NCBI GenBank assembly: GCA_963803975.1
Contig: CAWDOY010000044.1
Span: 1-26,830 of the forward strand
Reading direction: 5' to 3'
DNA length: 26,830 nt
DNA from: an uncultured delta proteobacterium
GTDB taxonomy: Bacteria; Desulfobacterota; WTBG01; CAIYCZ01
A program made the position numbers and the translations under genes. The first letter of the stretch is position 1. Each line of letters begins with the position of its first letter. The notes under the pieces are model-generated. The model was not told the DNA's origin. It did no database searches and worked only from the letters and a program-made list of their open reading frames with translations. Positions 1 to 10,659 of the stretch are shown piece by piece.

Positions 1-204
1 TTCTGGAATTGCGGAACTATCCAGTTACCTGTTTCCAGCATGTTCCGGGCGATTTCAGCCCTGCGGGATTCAAGCCGGATATCATAGAAATTTGGGGCCC
101 CTAATTTAAAAAAAAGAACCCAGGCGGAGAGCGCGATAAGGAGGAAAATTAAAAGATATAGTGGCGTTGCCAGTGCTGTTATGCTGTGCGTTTCTCATCA
201 TCAT
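1..204 (-). CDS. ArnT/GT83-like glycosyltransferase, 5' part only (runs off the window); apparent frameshift near the start
   Basis: Manual translation of the minus strand gives PLYLLIFLLIALSAWVLFFKLGAPNFYDIRLESRRAEIARNMLETGNWIVPQFQ, matching the N-termini of the other ArnT paralogs here (EPRYAEVAREMLKTGNYLVP). The ATGs at 204/201/198 are out of frame with this reading. Confidence 0.8.
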
Positions 205-347
205 GATGTTTTATTGCTCTGCTTCAACTGCCTTGGTTATCGGCGGCGCAATCGTCCGCCCCGGCTGCCCGGTCAAACATTCAAAGCTGGGCTGCCGCTG
301 AGGTTTTACTGAATGATAAACCGTGCGTTGCCGGCCGAGGCCGATTT

Positions 348-1136
348 TTACCTGATAAAGACCAGCACTAAAACAAGCAAACCAAGGCCGAAGCGGTACC
401 AGACAAACGGGGTGAAATCACGCTGCTGCACGTACTTAAGCAGTATTGCGATGCTTGCAAAACCGGATAGCGCTGAAACAATGACCCCGACCGCAAATGG
501 CGTATTGACCATGTCCGGGTTGGCAATAAGCTTGGGCAGTTTTATAATTGCCGCGCCAAAAATTATGGGCGCGCTGAGCAGGAATGAAAACCGGGCAGTC
601 GCCTCCCGCGTCAGACCGGCAAAAAGGCCCGTGGTCATGGTGATCCCTGAGCGGGAAACACCGGGAATTATAGCCAGCGCCTGTGAAATGCCGATACAAA
701 AACTTGTGGCAAAACGTATCCCAATAAGCCCGGTTACTTTTGCCCCCTTCCGGTCCGCCAGCAGCAGCAGTATGCCCATGACGATAAGCATTACCGCGAT
801 AAGGGCAGGGCTGCGAAACACTGTTTCCGCCTTATGTTCCAGAAGAAATCCGATGCCAGCCCCCGGTATCGACGCGGCGACAATAAACCAGAACAATTTC
901 CCCTCCGGAGTCGTAAACCCTTTCAATCCTCCCCGCACTAATTGCAGCCAATCCCGCCAGAAATAGGCAACCACTGAAACGAGTGTGCCGACATGCAGGG
1001 CAATGTCAAAGGTGAGGCCAGGGTCAGGCCAGTTGCATATCCAGGGAATCAGCACCAGATGCGCTGAGCTTGAAATCGGAAGGAACTCTCCCATCCCCTG
1101 CACCAAACCGAGCACTATTGCCTGCCATAGCGTCAT
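348..1136 (-). CDS. uppP: Undecaprenyl-diphosphate phosphatase (BacA/UppP)
   Basis: Motifs QGMGEFLPISSSAH and PGVSRSGIT; 262 aa polytopic membrane protein. Confidence 0.96.
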   Translation of the reverse strand: MTLWQAIVLGLVQGMGEFLPISSSAHLVLIPWICNWPDPGLTFDIALHVGTLVSVVAYFWRDWLQLVRGGLKGFTTPEGKLFWFIVAASIPGAGIGFLLEHKAETVFRSPALIAVMLIVMGILLLLADRKGAKVTGLIGIRFATSFCIGISQALAIIPGVSRSGITMTTGLFAGLTREATARFSFLLSAPIIFGAAIIKLPKLIANPDMVNTPFAVGVIVSALSGFASIAILLKYVQQRDFTPFVWYRFGLGLLVLVLVFIR

Positions 1137-1220
1137 GACTAATCCTTCTTACATTCCATTATTGATTGTTTGTAATACATCAAAGCTCTCTATGTTGTCC
1201 GGTAATGTCAGTATATAAGA

Positions 1221-2138
1221 CTAATCAAAAAAAACAACCTGGTGCGTGACGCTCCCGCTTTCCACTTTCACGAGGACATAATTAAATTTGTTCGTTATGC
1301 CCTCCCGCGAGGCATGCAGTTTTTTACCGGCCCCGCCGCTGACTATGTAGGTAACGCCGTCGGCAACAAGCTCGGAATACCCGTGAATATGGCCTGAGAA
1401 TACCCCTGATATTTTTGCGGCATTCTGCTTCATGAGATTAATAAATCGCTCGCTGTTTCTGGTGAAGCTGTGGTGTTTGAAGGTGCTGAAGTCGGGAGGG
1501 GTATGGATAAAGATAAAATGATGCTGATTGCCCTGAAGGAGTGGCTCCAGATTATCAATCTGCTCAGCCTCCATGCCCCGCTGCGGCTTATACTGATGAT
1601 CAGCGCCGAGCAGCTCATGAAGGTCGGGGACAAATTCTTTCTTGGTGTTGTTTATAAAAATGAAGCGAAAGGCATTGATGTCAAAATAATAATTTAACGG
1701 CCCGAAAAAGTGCACAAAACACTCCGGTCCTCGATTACTTATATCATGATTGCCAATGCCGCAAATGACGGGAATTGCTGTGCCGCTCAGAAAACGAACC
1801 ATGTTCATGTACTGCGTATAACGGCCGCTGCTGGTGAAATCCCCGACATGCACCATGAAGTCAAATTTGTCAGCTTCTCGTTTTTGCAGAATCTTTTTAA
1901 AAGATGCAAAACTCTTCTGTGTATCGCCGATAACAGCAAATGAAAAAGCGTCCTTTCCCTTAATGCTGTTCTGAATTTTCTGTATGGCTTTGAGATTGAG
2001 CTGCACGGGGGTGCTGCGGCGCAACTTATCCACCCAGTAGTCATCAAGGTATTCCCTGAGATCCTGCCACAGCTCGTAGCCGAGGAGAGACAAAACAGCC
2101 AGAGCCAGCAGGATACCAGTAATCATTGTAATGTCCAT
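1221..2138 (-). CDS. Membrane-anchored calcineurin-like metallophosphoesterase
   Basis: N-terminal hydrophobic helix; motifs GDTQ, HVGDF, GNHD, FIH, SGHIH and YIVSGGAG. Confidence 0.9.
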   Translation of the reverse strand: MDITMITGILLALAVLSLLGYELWQDLREYLDDYWVDKLRRSTPVQLNLKAIQKIQNSIKGKDAFSFAVIGDTQKSFASFKKILQKREADKFDFMVHVGDFTSSGRYTQYMNMVRFLSGTAIPVICGIGNHDISNRGPECFVHFFGPLNYYFDINAFRFIFINNTKKEFVPDLHELLGADHQYKPQRGMEAEQIDNLEPLLQGNQHHFIFIHTPPDFSTFKHHSFTRNSERFINLMKQNAAKISGVFSGHIHGYSELVADGVTYIVSGGAGKKLHASREGITNKFNYVLVKVESGSVTHQVVFFD

Positions 2139-2183
2139 GTAACCTCACGCGAGAAAAACGCTGTTCAAGTCAAGGTAAGTTTA

Positions 2184-3113
2184 TTAATCAAGGAACCTGA
2201 CGCTTCGGGTAACATTTGTACCATTTACTTCCACCAGGATATAATTAAATTTACTGGTGATGCCTTTGCGGGCATCGTGCAGCCTTTTGCCGGCACCGCC
2301 TGAAACAATGTAGGTTACGCCATCCGCAACGACCTCTCCATAGCCGTGGATATGCCCGGAAAAAACACCGGCAATGCGGCCGGCATACTTTTTCATGACG
2401 TTGAGGAAGGGCTGGCTGTTTCTCACAAAACTGTGATGTTTAAAGGTGTCAAGGGCAGGGGGCATGTGCATTATAATAAAATTATGCCCCGTTTTATTAA
2501 TCATCGCATCCAGGGCGGTAATCTGGTCCAGCTCGAAGCCGTGCAGGTAATCATACTGCGCGGGCTCCTGCGGAAGCTCAATAAAATCAGGATTTATTTT
2601 TTCATAGTTACAGTCAAGGAAAATAAATCTATAGCTGCCCGTGTCAAAATAGAAGTCCAGCGGGCCAAACAGGTGCGCGAAGATCTCCCTGCCGCGGTGA
2701 CTGCTGTCGTGGTTACCTATCGCAAAAATGATCGGTATGTCGAGGTTCTCAATAAAGGAAACCATTTTAATATACTGGCGGTACCGCCCGCCGGTGGTTA
2801 TGTCCGCGGTATGAATAATAAAGTCAGGCTTTTCTTCGCGAGCCTTTTTCAGTATTTTATTGAAAGTGTCGAAGCTTCCCTGTGTGTCACCGATTACATA
2901 GAACCTGAAAGTATCTTTGCTCTTAAGACGGGTCAAAACTTTCTGTACGGCGTTTGAGTTCAGGTTTTTGGGAGCATTTTGAAGCAGAGTTTCGGTGGAA
3001 TGGTCCTCACTATACCTGGCATAGTAGTCCCACGTCTCGTAACCGGCCAAAAGAAAAAAGCCGCACGCAAACAGGACCGTCAGGAGGTTTATCTGTATCT
3101 TGAAGACTCGCAT
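2184..3113 (-). CDS. Membrane-anchored calcineurin-like metallophosphoesterase (paralog of 1221-2138)
   Basis: N-terminal hydrophobic helix; motifs GDTQ, HTADI, GNHD, SGHIH and YIVSGGAG; C-terminus closely similar to the neighbour. Confidence 0.9.
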   Translation of the reverse strand: MRVFKIQINLLTVLFACGFFLLAGYETWDYYARYSEDHSTETLLQNAPKNLNSNAVQKVLTRLKSKDTFRFYVIGDTQGSFDTFNKILKKAREEKPDFIIHTADITTGGRYRQYIKMVSFIENLDIPIIFAIGNHDSSHRGREIFAHLFGPLDFYFDTGSYRFIFLDCNYEKINPDFIELPQEPAQYDYLHGFELDQITALDAMINKTGHNFIIMHMPPALDTFKHHSFVRNSQPFLNVMKKYAGRIAGVFSGHIHGYGEVVADGVTYIVSGGAGKRLHDARKGITSKFNYILVEVNGTNVTRSVRFLD

Positions 3114-3155
3114 ACTGTAAACAATGCAATTACAATTATAAGTATTTTTATGAAA

Positions 3156-3580
3156 TTATTTGCTTGCAGAGGGCGGCGCAACAGGCGGCTTGAGAAGCAG
3201 ATAATATTTATCATGGCCATAATCTCCTTCACCGCGCACGGTTACCAGACGCTGTAATGTTTCGGGAGCCTTCTGGTAGGTTCTTTCCAGCATCAGGCAG
3301 TAAACCGGCCCGGGCGCGGCAAGACGTTCAATGAGCTCATCAAAGTTCCTGATTTCCGGGGATGGCGCACGTTTCCGGTATCAAGCATTTCACGAGCAAC
3401 CTGCGCGTAGCGCGGCTCATCAGGATTGTACAGCTCCCATCCGCCGATATTAATAAACAATATGCATGAACAGAGAAGAAGCAGGGCAGCGCAATGCAGG
3501 CACGCGGTAAGCCGGGACTGCGCGGCAAAAGGATTGCTGCAAAAACCGGGGGTAGTAAGCGGTGTTTCTGCGGTTGCCAT
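3156..3580 (-). pseudogene. ArnT/GT83-like gene with a ~1.3 kb internal deletion (N- and C-termini joined out of frame)
   Basis: N-terminus ILFINIGGWELYNPDEPRYAQVAREMLDTGN ends near 3371. Another frame then reads KRAPSPEIRNFDELIERLAAPGPVYCLMLERTYQKAPE...GHDKYYLLLKP...stop at 3156, matching the C-terminus of the paralog at 8581-10339 (KRSPIPVIDEYKDLKALMLSPGKVYCLIH...GHREYYLLVNKP). Confidence 0.88.
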
Positions 3581-3581
3581 G

Positions 3582-5769
3582 TCACTCTGCTTTTACGGCA
3601 GCGACTGCATCATGCTTCTGCAGAAGCTGCGAGGTTATTGTCAGATCGCGTATTTTCTGCGGCGTGATTCCGGCGTGTTTTGTTATCAGCGCGGTTATGG
3701 CAGTCTGCAGATAGGCGGACGCGTCGCGGGACAGGGAAGACGCCATACCAGTCTGACCGGATGTTTTAACTGCGCGCCAGGGATTGAGCTCGAATTTGTA
3801 CAGCTCCGGATTAAACTCCGGCTTCAGTATCAGCAGAGAGTCGTCGTGAATAAAGGCCGCCTTCTGACTGGTGCCGGCAGGCTTGATCACTGCCCACCCG
3901 CGATCGCGCGCGTCAAGACGGAACAAATCCCGTCCCCAGGACTGGCCGGCATAGCGCACCTCCAATAGCCCGAGGCTTGTCGGCAGCACATCGACCTGGC
4001 TGCCGACGATGTGAATCCGCCGACCGGCATAGCGCGTGTCACCGGGATAGTAGATAAGCAGCGGGATGTGATACTCGTCCAGATCTATATCAGCCTGTTT
4101 TGACTCAAACGCAAAGCCGTGATCGGCAAGCACGACAAACAGCGTTTCCCTGAACCACGGTTTTTGACTGGCACTATCGAAAAATTTACCCAGCGCCCAG
4201 TCGGCATAGCGAAGGCCGTTCAGGCGGGGCATCAGATGCCGGGGCCCGGAAATATCATTAAACGGCGCCGGAGGCGGAAGGTTAAAGGGAGCATGGTTGC
4301 TCAGGGACTGAAGCAGCGCAAAGGCCGGCCCTTTTGCACACAGGCGGTCCATCTCCACTGCCGCCCGCATGAACATGTCTTCATCAGAAACTCCCCAGGT
4401 AGGATCGTTATGCAGGGGGTTGATGTAGTCTTCGCGGCCGACAAAATGGCGCATTCCCTGGTTACGGAAAAACCCCTCCTGGTTGTCCCAGGTAGGGTTG
4501 CCGTTGTATACATATACCGTCTGGTAGCCCTGTTCGCTCAGGATGGCCGGCAGGGACCGGAACGGCTGTTTTCCCGCTGTGTCGGACATGAGAAACTCAA
4601 AGCCGGGGAGGTTCGGGACACTGCAGATCGTGGCAAAAAGCCCCTGGTGGGTATGGGTGCCCTGTGAAAAAAAGTGATCAAACAGCATGCCCTTTTTGCT
4701 GAGCTGATCAAAACAGGGGGTAGCGTTGTAGGGAGCGCCCAGCGCGCCGACGAACTCGCCCAGGAAACTCTCCATGAGAATGATAACAAGATTACGCGGA
4801 CGCGGTGAAAATTGAACAGCCCGCGGGCCTTCCCCCGGCACACGCAGCAGGGGATATTCAGCCGGCGCCAGTAGGCGGTCGCCGGACTGGAGTACGAGGT
4901 CACGGGTCACGGCAAGCGCCCTGTCCGCGGGCATCGTCTTTATCCAGGCGGAAGCCCTGCTGTTGCGGCTCCTTTGCTCTATAGTTCTGCTGAGAGTAAA
5001 GATGCCATTCAGGGCAAGCTGGTTGGCCGCAGCGCAATCGCTGAAGCATGCATCTCCCCAGCGCAGCGGCGGTCCCCGCCGGAGCGTGCCCCGGGCGCCG
5101 ATAACAAGAAAAATGGTGAGCAGCAGGCCAAAGGGCAGAATGCGCGCAGTATAGCGCTTCCAGGTGAAGGTTCCGGGCAAGCCGCTGCGCCTGAGCAGCA
5201 GCTTCAGGCAGTAATAGAGGAGCCCGGCCATCAGCAGCCAGATACAAGCGTATCGCGCCAGCGGGTAGCCGTGCCAGAGCATGCTGAGCACAATGGACGG
5301 GCTGTCGTACAGATACTGAACGGCCAGATTGTTGAAGCGGTCCTGAAACTCTCCGTAAAACTGCCACTCGGCCATGGCCAGAAAAAGCACAGGGGACCAG
5401 AGCAATGTCAGGCCAAGCGGCATCCAGCGCACGATACGAAGGCTGTACTGCCAGCCGAGCACGGGGTAGCAGGAGCCATGCCAGCAGCGGCAGAACAATC
5501 TGGCACGATACCAGACAGTCAAAGCGGCAGCCCACAAGAAAACTGGTAAAAAGAGTTTTTGCCGGTACGGAAGAGAACAGTACCGCGTTGCTCAGCAGCA
5601 GTCCCGCCCTGAAAAATAAAAACAAAAGCATCCACAGAAGAAATATCTGAAGAATAAATTTCAGTTCACCCGCGAGGGTACATAACGGAAACAGCGCAGA
5701 CGGACTTCTGAAGGTATCCGGTGTTCCGGCAACCGGAGGAGCCGGGTTGTGGTTCTTTGCGTTATCCAT
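3582..5769 (-). CDS. LTA synthase (LtaS)/phosphoglycerol transferase-like sulfatase-fold membrane enzyme; one frameshift near 5465
   Basis: Joins ORF 4900-5781 (N-terminal TMs, GCRFD) to ORF 3582-5537 across a CCCC run at 5463-5466. Motifs NLVIILMESF, GTHTHQG, WGVSDED, SNHAPF, ADHG and SQVDVLPT. Confidence 0.88.
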
Positions 5770-5883
5770 ACTGCTCAGCACACATCAGTCGTTTAAAATT
5801 TAAAAGCGCATTACAAAGGCCGGGCTGCTTTGCATAACAGCCCCGGCAGCGAAAAGAAAAAATAATCTAATAAATATACCATA

Positions 5884-6810
5884 TTATTTCCCCAAAAACC
5901 TCTCAAGAATTGGATAGACATGCGCCACTGAGCAATCAAGAGCAATACCGGTAACAGATTCAAGCGAGGATGCATGCAGGCTGATTTTTTCCGTAAGAAC
6001 CTTCTCCGCAGATACTTTGACCACGGTATAGTAGGTTTCATTTCCCGTGCGGCCTTTCTGGTCACTCTCCAGGCCGTTTGATATATAGCGGGTGCCGTCC
6101 AGCTCATGCACGCGGTAGTCATGGAGATGCCCTGAGAACACATAGTCAATTTTATAGGTCTTCTGAATTTCAAAGAACCGGGAATAATTTTTTAACTCAG
6201 GGCGCGGCTCGCCGTGCTCCCAGTCAATGGGCGGCCGGTGTATGAATATAAACGTCCATCTCACTTTTTCCTGGTGTTCTTTCAGAGTTTCTTCCAGAAA
6301 CTGGAAAAGAATGTCGTAGGGGGCGCCCAATGAATTGTCGAGGAAAATAAAGAGGCAGCCGCTCCATACAAAGTAGAACTGTTTCAGCTTGAAATATATA
6401 TCAAAAAGACCGGGGTTGCCTTTTACATCATGGTTGCCCGGAACAACAAAGAGCGGCATCTGCAGATCGCTTTTCTTCAGTTCGTACAGTGCCAGGCGGT
6501 AGTGGCCCTGATCCGCATGGCTCACCAGGTCACCGGTCTGCACCGCGAAGGCGCATGGCTCAGAAGTGGTTTTAAGCAGGCGGCTGAGATTACGGTAGCC
6601 GGCCTGGATATCGCCCAGTACCAGAAAGCTGAAGGATTCGGCAGAGGACTGCTCCTGAAGCCACTGGATATTATCACTGTTATTGATAAAGGGGATAGCA
6701 GTTAAATCCTCAGAACCATAAACATGGCCGCCCAGATAGTAAGAAGCCGCAAAGAACAGCAGTGCTGCGATCATGGCAGCAGCACTGACATAGAGAATAA
6801 ATATTATCAT
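5884..6810 (-). CDS. Membrane-anchored calcineurin-like metallophosphoesterase (third, more divergent)
   Basis: N-terminal TM; motifs GDIQ, TGDLV, PGNHD, FIHRPP and SGHLH. Confidence 0.9.
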   Translation of the reverse strand: MIIFILYVSAAAMIAALLFFAASYYLGGHVYGSEDLTAIPFINNSDNIQWLQEQSSAESFSFLVLGDIQAGYRNLSRLLKTTSEPCAFAVQTGDLVSHADQGHYRLALYELKKSDLQMPLFVVPGNHDVKGNPGLFDIYFKLKQFYFVWSGCLFIFLDNSLGAPYDILFQFLEETLKEHQEKVRWTFIFIHRPPIDWEHGEPRPELKNYSRFFEIQKTYKIDYVFSGHLHDYRVHELDGTRYISNGLESDQKGRTGNETYYTVVKVSAEKVLTEKISLHASSLESVTGIALDCSVAHVYPILERFLGK

Positions 6811-6908
6811 ATATCACTCTGATGTTCAGCAGGCATTAGGGTGAATGCTCCAGTGTTTTTTTTGCCGCATCAACGAACTGCGGAAGAACCGCGGCATGGC
6901 CCTTCACT

Positions 6909-8449
6909 TCAGGATTCCCTGCTGCAGCAGCCGCGCAAATAATTAATCTTGTAATCAAACGGCCCTTTCTCAACAACGTATGGTATCCGCCTTTTATCAA
7001 GCTCAGGCAGCACCTTTTTCATGCTTATAGCATTTAAAAGAAATACGCTGATGACACGGCTTGAGAGCATTTCATCACACTTCTGCTCAATTTTTTTTGT
7101 CGCGGAAAAAGAAATCTCACGGTCTTTATCCGTGGAAACATTTTCAACAATGCTCTTGGTGTAAAATGCCAGACCGTCATGATGCAGATCAACAAGAACT
7201 ATTTCATGCGGCGCATCAGCAACGCGCTCATGGACAATCTTATGTACGCTCTGCGCGATAACGCGGCTGTCAATTTTAGTGGGCACATGCGCGGCAATTG
7301 CCCTCGAAGCGATTAAGAAATACTGCCAGAATCATTACCAGGGCTCCCTGCCGGTTGCGTAAGAAGCATGTTGCGACGGCTTGCGCGGGATAATAGAGCA
7401 ACAGGCTCCGGGCCGTGGCAAGTGCCAGAGGGTACAAAGAGCGGCAGCACGTACAGGGGCAGCCGTGAATTCGCCGCGCTTAACAGGAAAAGGGATATGC
7501 CGAACCATAGCGTGAGAAAGAGCGCGTTATTTCTTGCGCGAAGCAGGTGCCACCACGCTGCGGTAAATACCTGCGGACGGGTTTTCCATGCTATGGTAAA
7601 CCAGAAGTATGCCCAGGGAAGCGAGCCAAGCAGCAGGGTGTGCGGATATACTTTAAGTGAACCAAACAGGCCGGGATTGCGGGAGTGCACACCATGGACA
7701 ATTCTCCCGATAATTTCATTTTTTATAAAGTAAGAAAGCAATCCGGAATATTTTTGCATAACAAGAATATACCAGGGAAACGCCACTGCGGCAAAAATAA
7801 GCACGCCAGTGAAAGCGATGTGGGGATTGAAATCCATTTTCTTGTCCTGTTCAGGAAGAGATACACAACTATTATCAGCAGCGGTATAAGCCCCGGCGGC
7901 CCCTTGGTCAAAAAAGAAAGGCCGAAGGAAAAGAACATTAAACATGCATAGAGATTTATTTTGCGCTGCTCATGCGTGCCGTGCGCTGTAACTGAGCCAG
8001 AAGAAGAGCATTGACGCAGTTTCAAAACAGGTGAGCAGCATGTCGGTAGTGATGATGTTGGCGGCGGTAAACGGGAAAACCATGGTGCTGAAGACGAGAC
8101 ATGACAACAGCCCTGCAACCTGACCCCACATGCAGGTGCCTAATAGCCCCGTCATGAGTGCGGTGCCAATAAAAGCCAGAGCATGAAAAAATCGTGCACC
8201 CCATTCGTTACTGCCAAACAGAGAAAGCCCTGACGCAATGAGCCAGTACGTGAGCGGCGGTTTAGTAAAATGTGGTTTGTTATCTATTCTGGGCGTTAGC
8301 CAATCGCCGGACTTCAGCATCTCATAGGCGCAGCGGACATAGCGGCCTTCACTGGGCTCCCACAGACCGCGGGAGCCCTGAAATGCAAAGGCGAGCAGCA
8401 CGGTAAGTGTAATAGTAATGAGCCAGTATTTTTTATACTGTAGCGGCAT
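6909..8449 (-). CDS. ArnT/GT83-like glycosyltransferase, split by about 4 frameshifts (~7980, ~7810-7845, ~7430, ~7313)
   Basis: Consecutive frames give EPSEGRY..EMLKSGDWLTP..KPPLTYWL, LTKGPPG, FPWY..SLPW..RLPLYVLPLFVP, LALATARSL and a soluble C-terminus. ATG at 8449. Confidence 0.85.
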
Positions 8450-8488
8450 AATTAGTATGGTTGCGCAGTGAACATGCGGCTCGATAAA

Positions 8489-8580
8489 GGCAACTGGCAA
8501 TAGGCAGTAGGAAATAGTGGCGAGTGTTGAGCCTATTCACCTCTTTACCTATTCTCCTTTTGACCTTTTACCTCTTTACC
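8489..8580 (-). repeat. Intergenic degenerate 8-mer (AGGTAAAG-like) then 7-mer (CCTACTG-like) tandem arrays
   Basis: Minus strand after the stop: ggtaaag aggtaaa aggtcaaa aggagaat aggtaaag aggtgaat aggc, followed by ccactatttcctactgcctatttgccagttgcc. Confidence 0.8.
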
Positions 8581-10339
8581 TTATTTAAAAAGAGGCCCCC
8601 GTGCCCTGCACGCGTAAGAGGGGGGGAACGCAGATGCAAGGCACTTAATGGGGGCCTCAACCTGATTTATTGACCGCGCATTTGATGGCTTGTTGACCAG
8701 TAGATAGTATTCCCGGTGTCCGACCTTGTATTTATCCAGGACCGTAAACAGCTTTTTATCCTCCTCTGGTGCGTATTCATTGTATTTTGCGTGAATCAGG
8801 CAATACACTTTCCCCGGGGAGAGCATGAGCGCTTTAAGGTCTTTATACTCATCGATAACCGGGATAGGGGACCTCTTCATAAAATAATTGAATGATTCGG
8901 GATTAAAACGGAACGTGACCAGAGTGTCAGAGGGCTGTACGATTTGCGCTATCCGGTCACAGAAAGGCTTGCCGGATTTAAAGACATTGATAGCGGGGAA
9001 GAAGCTTGTCACGCTGAATAAAAAACCGGAAAGCATAATTACAACTACCAGGGCAAAGGAGAAAATCAGCCGGGCCTTTTTTATCACCAGCACCAGCCCG
9101 GTGACACCGCCCGCCAGGAAGATGGCAATCATCGGGTACAGGGGCAGGGCACGCGGGTCGATTTCAAGGTTCCTGAGCAACGGAGTCCTGTCCCCCAGCG
9201 CAAGCAGTGCGCCTGCGCCGATGCTGCACAGAGTGAGCGCGCCGAACAGGATATAGCACGGAATGGTTATCAGCTTGGCGGGCTGTTCCTTTTGCAGCTT
9301 CGATAACATCGGACCAGAACCTTGCCATCAGGATGGCTGCCGCCGGATAGAGGGGGAGCAGGTAGAGATTTCGCTTGCCTGAAACTAACGAAAAAAAGAT
9401 AAATGTTCCTGCGAACCAGACCAGCGGAAACGTCAGGTTCAGCGTCTCGCCCTGCTTCTTTTTTCTCCAGAAAAAGATTACGGCACTGGGTATAAAAATT
9501 GTCCATGGATTGAAATCAGCCGGGAAATTCTCCAGATAGTAATAAAAAGGCTGTTTATGACTGTATGAATCAACTGCCCGGCCGACGGTCTGTTTAAAGA
9601 GAATGTTCTGTGTGTACTCGTTTCCTCCCAGGATACAGGCGGGGACGAGCCAGAGCGCTGCAGTTGCGGCGATAATGATGAGCCCCGGCAGGAGGTCAAG
9701 CTTTTTCAGCTGCCCGTACTGTTTTTGCACGATGCAATACAGCAGCATGGTCACAAGCGGAATTGCAATCCCGACCGGCCCCTTGGTTATTGTCGCGAGA
9801 CCCATGAAAAAATATGCGAGCAGATAGCATACATGCTTTCCCCGCTCCCGGGTGTACCCGCAATACAGGAGAAAAATGGCAAGCGTGGTCCAGAGCGTGA
9901 GCGTCATGTCGATGTTCGCCCGGACCGCGAGCCAGAAAAACTGGGCGGTGGAGAGCAGGATAAGCCCGGCAAAAATGCCGACCGTCGGGTTGTAGAGCTT
10001 TCGCCCCAGAAGACAGGTTATAAAAATTACGCCCAGGGCGGCAAGCGCTGACGGAAAGCGGGCGGCAGCCGCGCTCACATCGCCGAACGGCATTGAACAG
10101 AGGGCAATGAGCCAGAAAAAGACCGGCGGCTTGTCTGGATAAATGTGAGCGTTGATGTGGGGCACCAGATAATTGCCGGTCTTCAGCATTTCCCGGGCAA
10201 CTTCAGCATAGCGCGGCTCATCGGGGTTCCACAAATCCCACCCGCCGATATTGATGAACAGGATGACGGCGGCAACAAGCAGCAGCAGGATGATGCTGAT
10301 AACATCCTTTTTTCCGGCAGAAGCAGCTTCGATTGTCAT
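8581..10339 (-). CDS. ArnT/GT83-like glycosyltransferase; one frameshift near 9291
   Basis: Motifs NPDEPRY, DKPPVFFW, TKGPVG, HKQPFYYY and KRNLYLLPLYP. Removing one A from the run at 9290-9293 joins ORF 9164-10339 to ORF 8581-9309. Confidence 0.9.
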
Positions 10340-10381
10340 GGCAACACTTTCAGCCCGTGGTCACGGTACAGGCATTTTCTT

Positions 10382-10654
10382 CTAACTCATGTTCTTTTTT
10401 TTTGTGATAAGCATAAGGTTTCTGGCATAGACGATGAGACCCGTTGCCTGGCCGAGCATAAAGACCGGGTCTTTTTTGTAAATAGCATATATCAGCAGGA
10501 TAACCCCGCCGCAGATGCTTAAATACCAGAAAGAGAGAGGAACAATACTTTCCTTCTTTTTTTCAGATACGATCCACTGAATAATAAATCGCATGGCAAA
10601 GACAAACTGCCCGAAGAACCCAAACAGCACCCATCCGTTCATCCACGTGTTCAC
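10382..10654 (-). CDS. Stand-alone lipid A biosynthesis N-terminal (LAB_N) domain membrane protein
   Basis: GFFGQFVFAMRFIIQWIVSEKKKESIVPLSFWYLS...YAIYKKDPVFMLGQ...YARNL is the characteristic LAB_N pattern. Confidence 0.9.
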   Translation of the reverse strand: MNTWMNGWVLFGFFGQFVFAMRFIIQWIVSEKKKESIVPLSFWYLSICGGVILLIYAIYKKDPVFMLGQATGLIVYARNLMLITKKKNMS

Positions 10655-10659
10655 AGGTA

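Noticed and set aside
205..347. Possible C-terminal gene remnant (…TKAVEAEQ*) between uppP and the first arnT
   Set aside because: Too short, with no start and no recognisable homology.
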